This document shows, in pieces, positions 41,755 through 50,605 of a stretch of DNA of 64,000 nucleotides. Source of the stretch: Ostreococcus lucimarinus (taxonomy: Eukaryota). Where the stretch lies: NCBI GenBank assembly GCA_000092065.1, contig CP000594.1; one strand, 5' to 3'. Numbering within the stretch: the stretch's first letter is position 1; every line of letters starts with the position of its first letter. The position numbers and the translations under genes are program-made. The notes under the pieces are model-generated. The model saw only the letters and a list, made by a program, of their open reading frames with translations. It searched no databases and was not told where the DNA came from.

Positions 41755-43206
41755 ATGTCGCTCGCGGAGGAACAGGCGCGGAGGGACGATGAAGTCTACG
41801 ACGCACTCATCCGTGAACTCGAGCGCGTCCCGGACGATGCAAGGGATGCGGTGGCGTCGTTTTTACAAGATTTGAGACGCGACGGCGTCGATTGGTACCG
41901 GGTTGGCGACGGTGGCGAGTTTGATGACAAGGAGAGTTTCTTTCGAACAGTACATGCGGGGGCGTGCATGCGGGCTGCGCGCATTATGGGTTCAGGATGT
42001 TTGAAGTTCGCGCGCGAGCACGGGTGTCCTTGGAACGAGTGGACTTGCCTGTTTGCCGCCATGAATGGAAATCTGGACTGTTTGAAGTACGCGCACGAGA
42101 ACGGGTGTCCTTGGGACAACAGGACGTGCGATAATGCCGCCCGTTATGGACATTTGGACTGTTTGGAGTACGCGCACGAGAACGGGTGTCCTTGGAACTG
42201 GGCGACGTGCGATAATGCCGCCTATTATGGACATTTGGAATGTTTGGAGTACGCGCACGAGAACGGGTGTCCTTGGGACGAGATGACGTGCCTGTTTGCC
42301 GCCAAGTATGGACATTTGGAATGTTTGAAGTACGCGCACGAGCACGGGTGTCCTTGGGACGTGTCTACGTGCCAGGCTGCCGCCGAGTATGGACATTTGG
42401 ACTGTTTGCGATACGCGCACGAGAACGGGTGTCCTTGGGACAAGCGGACGTGCGATAAGGCCGCCTATTATGGACATTTGGAGTGTTTGAAGTACGCGCA
42501 CGAGCACGGGTGTCCTTGGGACAACAGGACGTGCGATAATGCCGCCCGTTATGGACATTTGGAATGTTTGGAGTACGCGCACGAGAACGGGTGTCCTTGG
42601 GACGAGATGACGTGCCTGTTTGCCGCCTCGAATGGACATTTGGAATGTTTGAAGTACGCGCACGAGCACGGGTGTCCTTGGGACTATTGGACGTGCTATA
42701 ATGCCGCCTATTATGGACATTTGGAGTGTTTGAAGTACGCGCACGAGCACGGGTGTCCTTGGGACAACAGGACGTGCGATAATGCCGCCCGTTATGGACA
42801 TTTGGAATGTTTGAAGTACGCGCACGAGAACGGGTGTCCTTGGGACGAGGTGACGTGCGATAATGCCGCCTATTATGGACATTTGGAGTGTTTGAAGTAC
42901 GCGCGCGAGAACGGGTGTCCTTGGAACGAGAAGACGTGCATGGATGCCGCCGAGAACGGACATTTGGAATGTTTGAAGTACGCGTGCGCTCACGGATGTC
43001 CAGGCTCCGATCGGTACGCCGAGGCGCTGAACGAAGTCGTCATCCCAGACGTCGACGAGTCATTCGGCGTCGAAGTCGCGCTCGCGTTTCAACAAAACGG
43101 CGGCGAGATCTCCATGCGCGAGTTCCTGCCGTTATGGGTAGCGCACAGAGAAGGTTACCGCGACGCGCACTTAGAAATCGCTCGAAACTGGATAGCTCAC
43201 GATTGA
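41755..43206 (+). CDS. Ankyrin-like repeat protein, paralogue B (about 12 tandem 33-aa GHLECLKYAHENGCPWD units), 483 aa
   Basis: The repeat array NGCPW(D/N)xxTCxxAAxYGHLECL(K/E)YAHE is encoded by near-identical 99-bp tandem DNA units at about 42030..42990. The N- and C-terminal domains are homologous to the gene at 26249..27241. ATG 41755; the upstream part of the ORF is the (GAGAC)n read-through. Confidence 0.75.
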   Translation: MSLAEEQARRDDEVYDALIRELERVPDDARDAVASFLQDLRRDGVDWYRVGDGGEFDDKESFFRTVHAGACMRAARIMGSGCLKFAREHGCPWNEWTCLFAAMNGNLDCLKYAHENGCPWDNRTCDNAARYGHLDCLEYAHENGCPWNWATCDNAAYYGHLECLEYAHENGCPWDEMTCLFAAKYGHLECLKYAHEHGCPWDVSTCQAAAEYGHLDCLRYAHENGCPWDKRTCDKAAYYGHLECLKYAHEHGCPWDNRTCDNAARYGHLECLEYAHENGCPWDEMTCLFAASNGHLECLKYAHEHGCPWDYWTCYNAAYYGHLECLKYAHEHGCPWDNRTCDNAARYGHLECLKYAHENGCPWDEVTCDNAAYYGHLECLKYARENGCPWNEKTCMDAAENGHLECLKYACAHGCPGSDRYAEALNEVVIPDVDESFGVEVALAFQQNGGEISMREFLPLWVAHREGYRDAHLEIARNWIAHD

Positions 43207-43890
43207 ATCGACCGACCGCGCACCGCCGCCGACCAACCGTCTCGCCTCCACGCGCGCGCGCTCTACTCACGAGTGACTATGATCATTACACTTTCTCGCG
43301 CTTCGCCGCGCTTCGCGTTCGTTTCTCGCGCTTTGCGTTCTCGCCCCCCCCGCGCGCGTCTCCCGCGTCCCATCCCGCCTCGCGCCCCGCCCCGCGCCCT
43401 CCTGGCCCTCACGCCGACGGTCGCAGCGCCTTCGCCACCGCCGCCGCGCTCGGCACCGCTCGCGTCGCCTTCCCATCCCTCGAAAACGTCTCCACGAGCT
43501 CGCGCGGCACGATCGCCGGCAGCGCCATCCCGAGCCCACCGATCGCGCACGACCACATCACCACCGGTTCGCGGTGCATCGCGCGATAGAACCACCCCGC
43601 CATGCGCTCGCGCCGTCCCTCGCGCGCGCGTCGCGCTCTCGCGCGCGCGTCGTCGTCGCGAATCGCGAACCCTCGTTCGTCGTATTCAAGCACCACACGG
43701 ACCCATCGCGCGCACCGTCCGGTCCGTGTTCATCTCATACCGACTCGACGGCGCGCGCGACGCGGATCGCGCGCGCCCCGCCTCTCGCGCGCGCGCGTCG
43801 TTTGCTCATCACGCTAAGGCAGAACCTCGGTTCTCGGCTACGAACACGAACGCACAGTAATTCACCACACACACACGCACACCGCACACG

Positions 43891-44447
43891 ATGAAATACG
43901 TCGCCGCGTACTTGCTGGTGCGCACGATCGCGAACGAGCGCGCGAGGGCATCGCGCGCGGGACGACGACGGGACGCGGGGACGCGCGATGGGAGGCGCGC
44001 CGGAACGCTCGAGGGACGCGAGCGAGAGGAAGCGTTCGTTCGTTTCGGGACGGCGCGAACGCGCGCGCGGGCACGCGAGGGGTCGGAAGCGCGGGCGACG
44101 CGGGACGGCGAACGATGGGGCTAGGGCTTTGGGGACGACGACTGACGCGGACTCTCGCTTCGCGACGCGCAGGCGCAACTCGCCGGGAAGGAATCTCCTT
44201 CCGAGGCCGATGTGAAGGCGATTCTCGCCGGAGGTACGTCGCGAACGACGCGCGACGCGACGCGACGCGACGCGAACGCGCGCCTCGAGAGACGCGCGAC
44301 TGACGAGACGACGACGCGCTTCGTTCGAACGCAGCCGCGGCGGAGGTCGACGATTCCAAGCTCTCCGCCTTCTTCAAGGAAATCGAGGGTAAGGACGTCG
44401 CGGAATTGATCGCTGAAGGTAACGCCAAGCTCGCGTCCGTGCCCTCG

Positions 44448-44493
<46 letters not shown>

Positions 44494-44574
44494 CCGGCGG
44501 CGCGGCCGCCGCGGCGGCTCCGGAAGCCGAAGAGGAAGAAGAAGCCGACATGGACTTCGAACTTGTTCGATTAA
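43891..44574 (+). CDS. RPLP2: 60S acidic ribosomal protein P2, three exons: 43891..43917, 44173..44233, 44335..3' end. Apparent +1 frameshift 3 codons before the expected stop.
   Basis: MKYVAAYLL|[20 protein letters not shown]|[43 protein letters not shown]...[14 protein letters not shown] matches P2. Introns have GTGCGC and GTACGT donors, a CTGAC branch and CAG acceptors. In the exon-3 frame the end reads ...ELVRLIVR* (stop 44583..44585). The +1 frame gives the canonical ...LFD* (stop 44572..44574). Confidence 0.8.
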
Positions 44575-44747
44575 TCGTTCGATAGATCCCATCGTTCGCG
44601 TCGCATCGCGCGTTTCAAATCGAATCACCACTAGTCGTTCGTTGTGAAAAGTCCGAGCGCGTTCACTCACTCATCAATCGAGCACTCATCGGTCGCGCCC
44701 GATTGCCGCATTCCTCGGCGCGCCGTTCGATCGGGCGTCCACTCGCG

Positions 44748-46070
44748 ATGTCGTCCTCTCCCGCGCCGGCCGTGCTGACGTTCCAGACGTTTCTGGAAAA
44801 AATGCGTCAACCGAGCGCCGGCGCGCTCGTGCGCGACGTCAAGACGTTCATCGCGAGCCTCGACGACGACGCCTCGACGACGACGACGACGGTTGATGGC
44901 GAAGACGACGATGATGGCGACGACGACGCGATCCTGCGCGTGGCGCGGCGCGTGCAGACGTTCCTGCGCGACACGGAGGCGACGTTCGAGCGACACCCGG
45001 CGTGGCGAGGGGCGTCGATGGCGGAATTGGACGCGTCGGGGGAGGGATTGGAAAAGTACGTCATGACGAAGGCGCACGCGGGCGTCTTCGCGAGACGACG
45101 CGAAGATCGAGCGCGGGACGAAAGGCTGGCGAAACGCGTGGAGACGCTGAAGAAAATAATAGAACCGAAACATCTGGACATCGGGGAGTGCAGCGCGTCG
45201 TGGGCGCTGGCGGAGGTGGAGTTGGGGAAGATGAATCAGTTCAAGGCGCCGCGGGATAAGTTGGTGTGCGTGTTGAATACGTGTCGAATAATCAATAATA
45301 CGCTGACGACGCGGCAGGGTTCGGACGGGGGGGCGGACGATTTCTTGCCGGTGTTGATTTACGTCGCGATGCGAGCGAATCCGGGGCGGTTGGAGAGTAA
45401 TTTAAAGTACATTCAGAGATTTCGCGGCGAGTCGCGATTGGTGAGCGAGGCGGCGTACTTTTTCACCAACCTCGTGAGCGCGGCGCGGTTTTTGGGGCGA
45501 TGTGCGGCGAACGATTTCACAAACATGGATGTCGAGATGTTTGAAAGGGTGATGAACGAGGACGGGGTGTTGGCGAGCGTGGATTTAGACGAAGACGAGG
45601 AAATAGCGGAGACGCCGGTCGAGGCGGCGTCGGCGGAGAACCCGCCGCCGTCCACGCCGCCGCCGCAGATTTCGGTCGAGGAGATGAGCGCGGCGTTGAG
45701 CGCGCTCGAAGGTGGGGACACGTCGACGACGCCCAGGGAAATACCGAAGAACGCTGGCGGTGGCGTCGGCGACTACGCGACCGACGACGATAATTTGCAC
45801 ACGCCGACGTCTCGCGCCGCGGCGCCGTACGTTCCGTGGCGCACGACCGAGGACGTCGAAGCCGAGGGCGCGACGCAACTCACCGCGCTCGACGTCGCTG
45901 GAAACTTGACTTTGAGTTCGGACTATAAGTTTCTGTACGCCAAGGTGGAAGACTTGACCGTCGGCGACGTCGCGAGGTTGCTTCACGACTACAAAGGATT
46001 GGCGCTGCAGTACGAAAGCCTCAGTCGAGGCGTGGCCAAGGTGCTGACGACTCTAGATGCGCGGTTGTGA
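44748..46070 (+). CDS. VPS9-domain protein (Rab5-family GEF-like)
   Basis: VPS9 core ...ADDFLPVLIYVAMRANPGRLESNLKYIQRFRGESRLVSEAAYFFTNLVSAARFL. ATG 44748; the ORF-track start at 44703 is TTG. Confidence 0.7.
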   Translation: MSSSPAPAVLTFQTFLEKMRQPSAGALVRDVKTFIASLDDDASTTTTTVDGEDDDDGDDDAILRVARRVQTFLRDTEATFERHPAWRGASMAELDASGEGLEKYVMTKAHAGVFARRREDRARDERLAKRVETLKKIIEPKHLDIGECSASWALAEVELGKMNQFKAPRDKLVCVLNTCRIINNTLTTRQGSDGGADDFLPVLIYVAMRANPGRLESNLKYIQRFRGESRLVSEAAYFFTNLVSAARFLGRCAANDFTNMDVEMFERVMNEDGVLASVDLDEDEEIAETPVEAASAENPPPSTPPPQISVEEMSAALSALEGGDTSTTPREIPKNAGGGVGDYATDDDNLHTPTSRAAAPYVPWRTTEDVEAEGATQLTALDVAGNLTLSSDYKFLYAKVEDLTVGDVARLLHDYKGLALQYESLSRGVAKVLTTLDARL

Positions 46071-46122
46071 TTTAGATTTTTACAACTTAGACGAAACTTA
46101 GACGTAACCGTTCTCGTCGACA

Positions 46123-47277
46123 TTACTCTTCGCCCTCTTTGTCCTCGGACGGCAACATGAGACTGGCGCCGACGCCGCCGCCGAGCATGGTGACGACGAC
46201 GGCGAGCGAAGCCTCGGTTGGGACCTCGACGCCCGCGTACTCGACGATCATCTTGGCCCCGATAAAGCCGAGCACGAGCGCCACGGCGGTTTGCAAGTAC
46301 TTCAACTCCCCCACGGCTTTGGAAATCAACGTGTAAAGCTGTCGAAGGGATAGAATCGCAAACAAGTTTGAGGTGTACACGATGAACGGATCCTTCGTCA
46401 CTCCGAAAACCGCCGGGATGGAATCCACGGCGAAGACGACGTCGCTAATCTCCACCACCGCGAGCACGAGCAACAGCGGCGTCGCCATTTTCACCCCGTT
46501 TTGCACGGTGAAGAAATTATCGCCGTCGTAATCTTCGCTCACCTCCAAAAAGTTTCCGACAAACTTCACGATGGCGTTATCCCCCATGTCCTCCTCCTCC
46601 TCTTCCCCTTCCGCGAGTAGCTTGTACGAACTAAAAATCAAAATACCCGCAAACACCAAAAGAATGGGTTGGAAATTTTCAATCAACTCCACCCCGGCCC
46701 CGACCATGACGGCTCGCATCACCAGCGCCCCGACGATGCCGTAGTTTAACACCCTCGTCTGCCTCTCCGGCGGCACCTTGAAATACTCAAACAACAGCAC
46801 GAAGACGAATAAATTATCCACACTCAAACTCTGCTCCAACAGGTACCCAGCAAAGTATTCGCTCGCCTTATCCGCGCCCTCCACCGCGCCGATCCCCGCG
46901 CCGAACGCGCACGACACCCCCAAGCACGCCGCGACGATGGCCACGTCCCGATTCTGCTTCGCCTCGCTCGTCATCTCCCCGCTCTGTGCTGTGGTCACGC
47001 TCTCACTCTTCGTCGTCGGTTCCTCGCTCGCCGCGCGCGGTCGCGTCGTCGTCCCTCGCTTTTCTCGCGTCGTCCTCGTCGTCCTCGTCGCCGCCGCCGC
47101 GCTCGGCGTCCATCGTCGCGGCTCCGCCCGCGCCGTCCCGCTCGCCGCCCGCGCGACGCGCGATCGATTACCGATCACCGCGCGCGTCGATCGCGCGCTC
47201 GATCGCGCGCCGAGCGTCGTCGTCGCGCGCGCGCCGAGCGTCATCGTCGTCGCGGCGGATCGCGTGCCGATCACCAT
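46123..47277 (-). CDS. TerC-family integral membrane protein with a long organellar presequence (thylakoid TerC-like)
   Basis: FAGYLLEQSLSVDNLFVFVLLFEYFKVP, many TM helices, and a Ser/Thr/Arg/Ala-rich N-terminal ~110 aa. ATG 47277 verified. Confidence 0.75.
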   Translation of the reverse strand: MVIGTRSAATTMTLGARATTTLGARSSARSTRAVIGNRSRVARAASGTARAEPRRWTPSAAAATRTTRTTREKRGTTTRPRAASEEPTTKSESVTTAQSGEMTSEAKQNRDVAIVAACLGVSCAFGAGIGAVEGADKASEYFAGYLLEQSLSVDNLFVFVLLFEYFKVPPERQTRVLNYGIVGALVMRAVMVGAGVELIENFQPILLVFAGILIFSSYKLLAEGEEEEEDMGDNAIVKFVGNFLEVSEDYDGDNFFTVQNGVKMATPLLLVLAVVEISDVVFAVDSIPAVFGVTKDPFIVYTSNLFAILSLRQLYTLISKAVGELKYLQTAVALVLGFIGAKMIVEYAGVEVPTEASLAVVVTMLGGGVGASLMLPSEDKEGEE

Positions 47278-47526
47278 CCGCGGCGCTCGCGTCGCGCTCG
47301 CGTCGCGCTCGGCGCCCGAAACGCGCGAAGACGCGCGGAAATGCGTTCACGGCGCGCGCGCGCGGCAGGACGTCGGCGCGGTCGTCGCGCGCGCGTGTGC
47401 GGAGGGACGCGCGCGTGATCTCTCGGGGTCCGGTCGGTCGGAATAAATTTTCATAATATGAGGGTTTAAACGTATATTGAAAATGTTTAACGCTATGTAA
47501 TACACATACAACTGTACAAGAACAGA

Positions 47527-48333
47527 TCACGCGCGCGACCGACGCGCGGCGACGAGACGGTGAATGAGAATGCCGGCGGCGACGGAGACGTTCAGAGAGT
47601 CCACGCCCGCGGCGGAAGACGCCGAACGAGGGATCTCTATCAAGCGGTTGCACGCGCGGCGGACGTTGGTGCGCAAACCCGAGCCCTCGTTGCCCATGAC
47701 GAGAATCGTCGGCGCGCGCACGGAGAAATCGGAGACGTCCTCGGCGCGAGCGTCGGCGGCGGCGCCGACGACGTCCCAGCCCTCGTCTCGAGCCTTGGCT
47801 AAAAATCTGTGCATGACGCCCGTCTGATGGACGACCTGAGCCTCCATGGCGCCCGCGCTCGCTTTGCTCACGGTGGCGTTGAACGGGGCGCTGTTCTTGG
47901 CGCAACAGACGACGCCGTCGACGCCTAAAAAGTGCGCGCTTCGCAGGGCGGCGCCCAAATTTTGAGGATCCACGATTTCATCCAGCGCGAGCCACACCGG
48001 GGGTTCGCCTCGCCCGTCCCACTTCGGTAAGTCCTCCAGCGTCGGAATCTCCAACGCCTCGGCGTCGAGCAACACGCCCTGGTGCGGTTTATTATCGCAC
48101 GCCATGTTTAAATCGTGCTTGCTCGCGCGCTTCACCGTCACCGCGCGCGCCTCCGCCAACCGCAAGATCTCCGACTCCGCGCCCGCGCCCTTCCCTCCGT
48201 TCGCCGCGCCGCCCTCGCCCGTCTGCACGTACAGCGCGAACAGCGCGCGTCGATTCCGCCGCAGCGCCTCCAGCACCGGATTCGTCCCGTACACGATCTC
48301 CCCCACCAGCCCCTCCGCGATCGTCGGCGCCAC
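47527..48333 (-). CDS. SpoU/TrmH-family RNA 2'-O-methyltransferase; 5' end unresolved
   Basis: GTNPVLEAL (substrate-binding domain), LDEIVDPQNLGAALRSAHFLGVDGVV, ILVMGNEGSGLR, SLNVSVAAGILIH. The conserved N-terminus starts at GTG (48333), and there is no in-frame ATG before the stop at 48583..48585, which implies an upstream exon or a non-AUG start. Confidence 0.65.
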   Translation of the reverse strand: MAPTIAEGLVGEIVYGTNPVLEALRRNRRALFALYVQTGEGGAANGGKGAGAESEILRLAEARAVTVKRASKHDLNMACDNKPHQGVLLDAEALEIPTLEDLPKWDGRGEPPVWLALDEIVDPQNLGAALRSAHFLGVDGVVCCAKNSAPFNATVSKASAGAMEAQVVHQTGVMHRFLAKARDEGWDVVGAAADARAEDVSDFSVRAPTILVMGNEGSGLRTNVRRACNRLIEIPRSASSAAGVDSLNVSVAAGILIHRLVAARRSRA

Positions 48334-48904
48334 CCCCCGCTCGCGCCTCGCCGCCGCTCGATCGTACCGCGCCTCGCGCTCGCTCCCGCGGCCGCGTCGC
48401 CGCGCGTCCTCCGCGCCCTCCCGCGCCAGCCGCCCTCGCGGCGCCTCCCCGAACCCGTCGTACGACGCCTCGCCCTCGTCGCGTCGCCCACGCGCGTCGA
48501 CGCTCGCGTCGCGCCGATTCTCGCGCGCGCGCGTCGCGCCGATCGTCCCGCGCGTCGTCGTCGTCGTTCGAGCCGCCGTCGCTCATTCGCCACGACGCGC
48601 GTCGCGTCTTCGTCGCGTCGCGTCGTCGCGTCGACCGCGTCAGCCGCGCCAGCGACGGCGACGCGCGCACCGCGCGCATCGCGCGCGCGTCGCGGCGCGC
48701 GAGACGGGCCGACGCGACGCGACGCGATGTGATTTCGATTCCGGCGGCGCCGCAGATTCCGACTCGACATGGCGCACCGGTACGAAATTCGCGCGACGCG
48801 ACGACGCGACGCGACGCGACGACGACACCGAATAGCGTCTCGCGTCGACGCGGCGCGCGACGCGGCGCGCGACGCGGTGCGCGACGCGGCACCGACGCGA
48901 TCGA

Positions 48905-50470
48905 ATGATGATTTTGATCTCGACGACGACGACTGACGACGCCGTCGACGACGCGCGCGCGCGCAGGCGGGACGACGAGTACGATCGCGGACGTCGGGTC
49001 GCGGCGAACGATGGACGGCGCGCGGTGACGGCGACGGGGCCGTACGATCGCGCGCGGGCGGCGGCGCGGTTCGGCGGCGGCGGCGACGAGGGCGCGACGC
49101 GGGCGAACGCGAACGCGGCGCCGGATTTGGCGAATTTGCTGCGACAGGTGAACGAGGCGATGGCGCAGGGAGGGCAGGGACAGGAACATGGACAACAGGC
49201 GCGAGGTGGGCGCGGACAGGCGCCGGCGAGGGTGATATCGGGGGCGGATCCGAGGGCGAGACGGGCGGCGAGGGCGAACGCGAACGCGAGCGCGAGCGCG
49301 GCGGCGCCGACGGCGGCCGGGATGGTGTACGGACAGGGACAGGGGATGTACGGAGCGCCGATGCAGGGGGGAGGACCGCCGCCGCCGCCGCCGGCGGCGG
49401 TGGGACGGTTCGGCGGCGCGAGCGCGGGGTACGGCGGCGGCGTCGCGGCGGCGCCGCAGTTTGGGCCGGGGAGCGTCGGGTACGGCGCGCCGCCGGGGCC
49501 GCCGGGACCACCGCGCGCGGTCGCGGGCGTGCAGGCGATGGACCCGAGCTCGGTGACGGAGTACGTGATGTGTCCGAACGAAAGCGCGGGTAAGGTGATC
49601 GGACACGGCGGGGAAAAGATTAACAGCATACAAACCGAAAGCGGGGCCATCGTGAAGATTCAAAACCAAAACGAAGTCGGCCCGGGACAACCGCGAAGGA
49701 TCACGATCAGTGGCGCGCCCGAACGCGTCGCGCACGCGTCGCAGTTGGTGTACGCGATCATCGGACAATCAAGCGCGAGCCGCGCGGCGCAGGCGCCGCG
49801 CGGCGCGGGCGGCGGTCGCGACGCGGCGGGCGCCGAGATTTTCGTCCCCGTCGAGCCGGACCAGTTCGGTAAGATTATCGGTCGAGGCGGAGAGACGATT
49901 CGTAGGTTGCAAGAAGAGAGCGGCGTGCGCATGCAAGTCGATAGACCGAACAGTCGCGTGCAAATCACGGGCGACGCGTCGGGGTGTGAAGTCGCCCGAA
50001 CGTTGCTTCAGGAAGTCCTCGACGCGACGAACGAACCCGTGGGAATGGGAACGTCGGGCGCGCAGTCCACGGAGATTTCGGCGCAAGGCCAAGAGGGTCG
50101 AATCATCGGTAAGGGTGGGGAAAATATTCGTTCGCTCGCCGCGCAAACCGGCGCGAAGCTGAGCATCATCAAAGAGACGGGCATGGTTCGCATCCAAGGC
50201 GACCCGCGGCAAATCGAAGACGCCGTGCGCGCCGTCAACGAGTTCATCGACGCGCAGGTGAACCCGGTCAAGTACCCCAACGCCGTCGGCGGCGGCGCCG
50301 GGATCCCATCCAACGGCGCGTATCACCCGCCCGAAGATTCCGGCGGGTTGACGCCGTACAAGCCCCTCTGGGAGACGCACCAAAGCCCGGAGGGATACAC
50401 CTACTATTACAACACCACCACGGGCGAGACGACGTGGGAAGAACCCGAGGACTACGACGGGTTCAGCTGA
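48905..50470 (+). CDS. KH-domain RNA-binding protein (3 KH domains) with a C-terminal WW domain (FUBP/KSRP-like)
   Basis: KH motifs: VMCPNESAGKVIGHGGEKINSIQTESGAIVKI; IFVPVEPDQFGKIIGRGGETIRRLQEESGVRMQV; ISAQGQEGRIIGKGGENIRSLAAQTGAKLSI. WW domain: PEGYTYYYNTTTGETTWEEP. Gly/Pro/Gln-rich N-terminus. The start at ATG 48905 is uncertain. Confidence 0.65.
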   Translation: MMILISTTTTDDAVDDARARRRDDEYDRGRRVAANDGRRAVTATGPYDRARAAARFGGGGDEGATRANANAAPDLANLLRQVNEAMAQGGQGQEHGQQARGGRGQAPARVISGADPRARRAARANANASASAAAPTAAGMVYGQGQGMYGAPMQGGGPPPPPPAAVGRFGGASAGYGGGVAAAPQFGPGSVGYGAPPGPPGPPRAVAGVQAMDPSSVTEYVMCPNESAGKVIGHGGEKINSIQTESGAIVKIQNQNEVGPGQPRRITISGAPERVAHASQLVYAIIGQSSASRAAQAPRGAGGGRDAAGAEIFVPVEPDQFGKIIGRGGETIRRLQEESGVRMQVDRPNSRVQITGDASGCEVARTLLQEVLDATNEPVGMGTSGAQSTEISAQGQEGRIIGKGGENIRSLAAQTGAKLSIIKETGMVRIQGDPRQIEDAVRAVNEFIDAQVNPVKYPNAVGGGAGIPSNGAYHPPEDSGGLTPYKPLWETHQSPEGYTYYYNTTTGETTWEEPEDYDGFS

Positions 50471-50605
50471 TCGTCTCAAAATCAAACCTTTCTCTGCGTA
50501 GTTGCGTAGTTGCGATTGAATTGACTCTCCTTTAATCACTTTTGCCCGTCTTCGCCTCGCTCGCGTCTCGCGTCGGTTACGCCCGCACTTCGCCGCGCGC
50601 GCGCG

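Noticed and set aside
41992-42993. 333-codon minus-strand ORF and CRISPR-like periodicity over 42.0–43.0 kb
   Set aside because: It is the antisense of the 99-bp tandem ankyrin coding repeat. The repeats are contiguous with no unique spacers and sit within a clear sense-strand protein.
43862-44551. Minus-strand 229-aa ORF with poly-Pro tract
   Set aside because: It is antisense to the three-exon RPLP2 gene; the poly-Pro is the reverse complement of the (GGC)n poly-Gly hinge.
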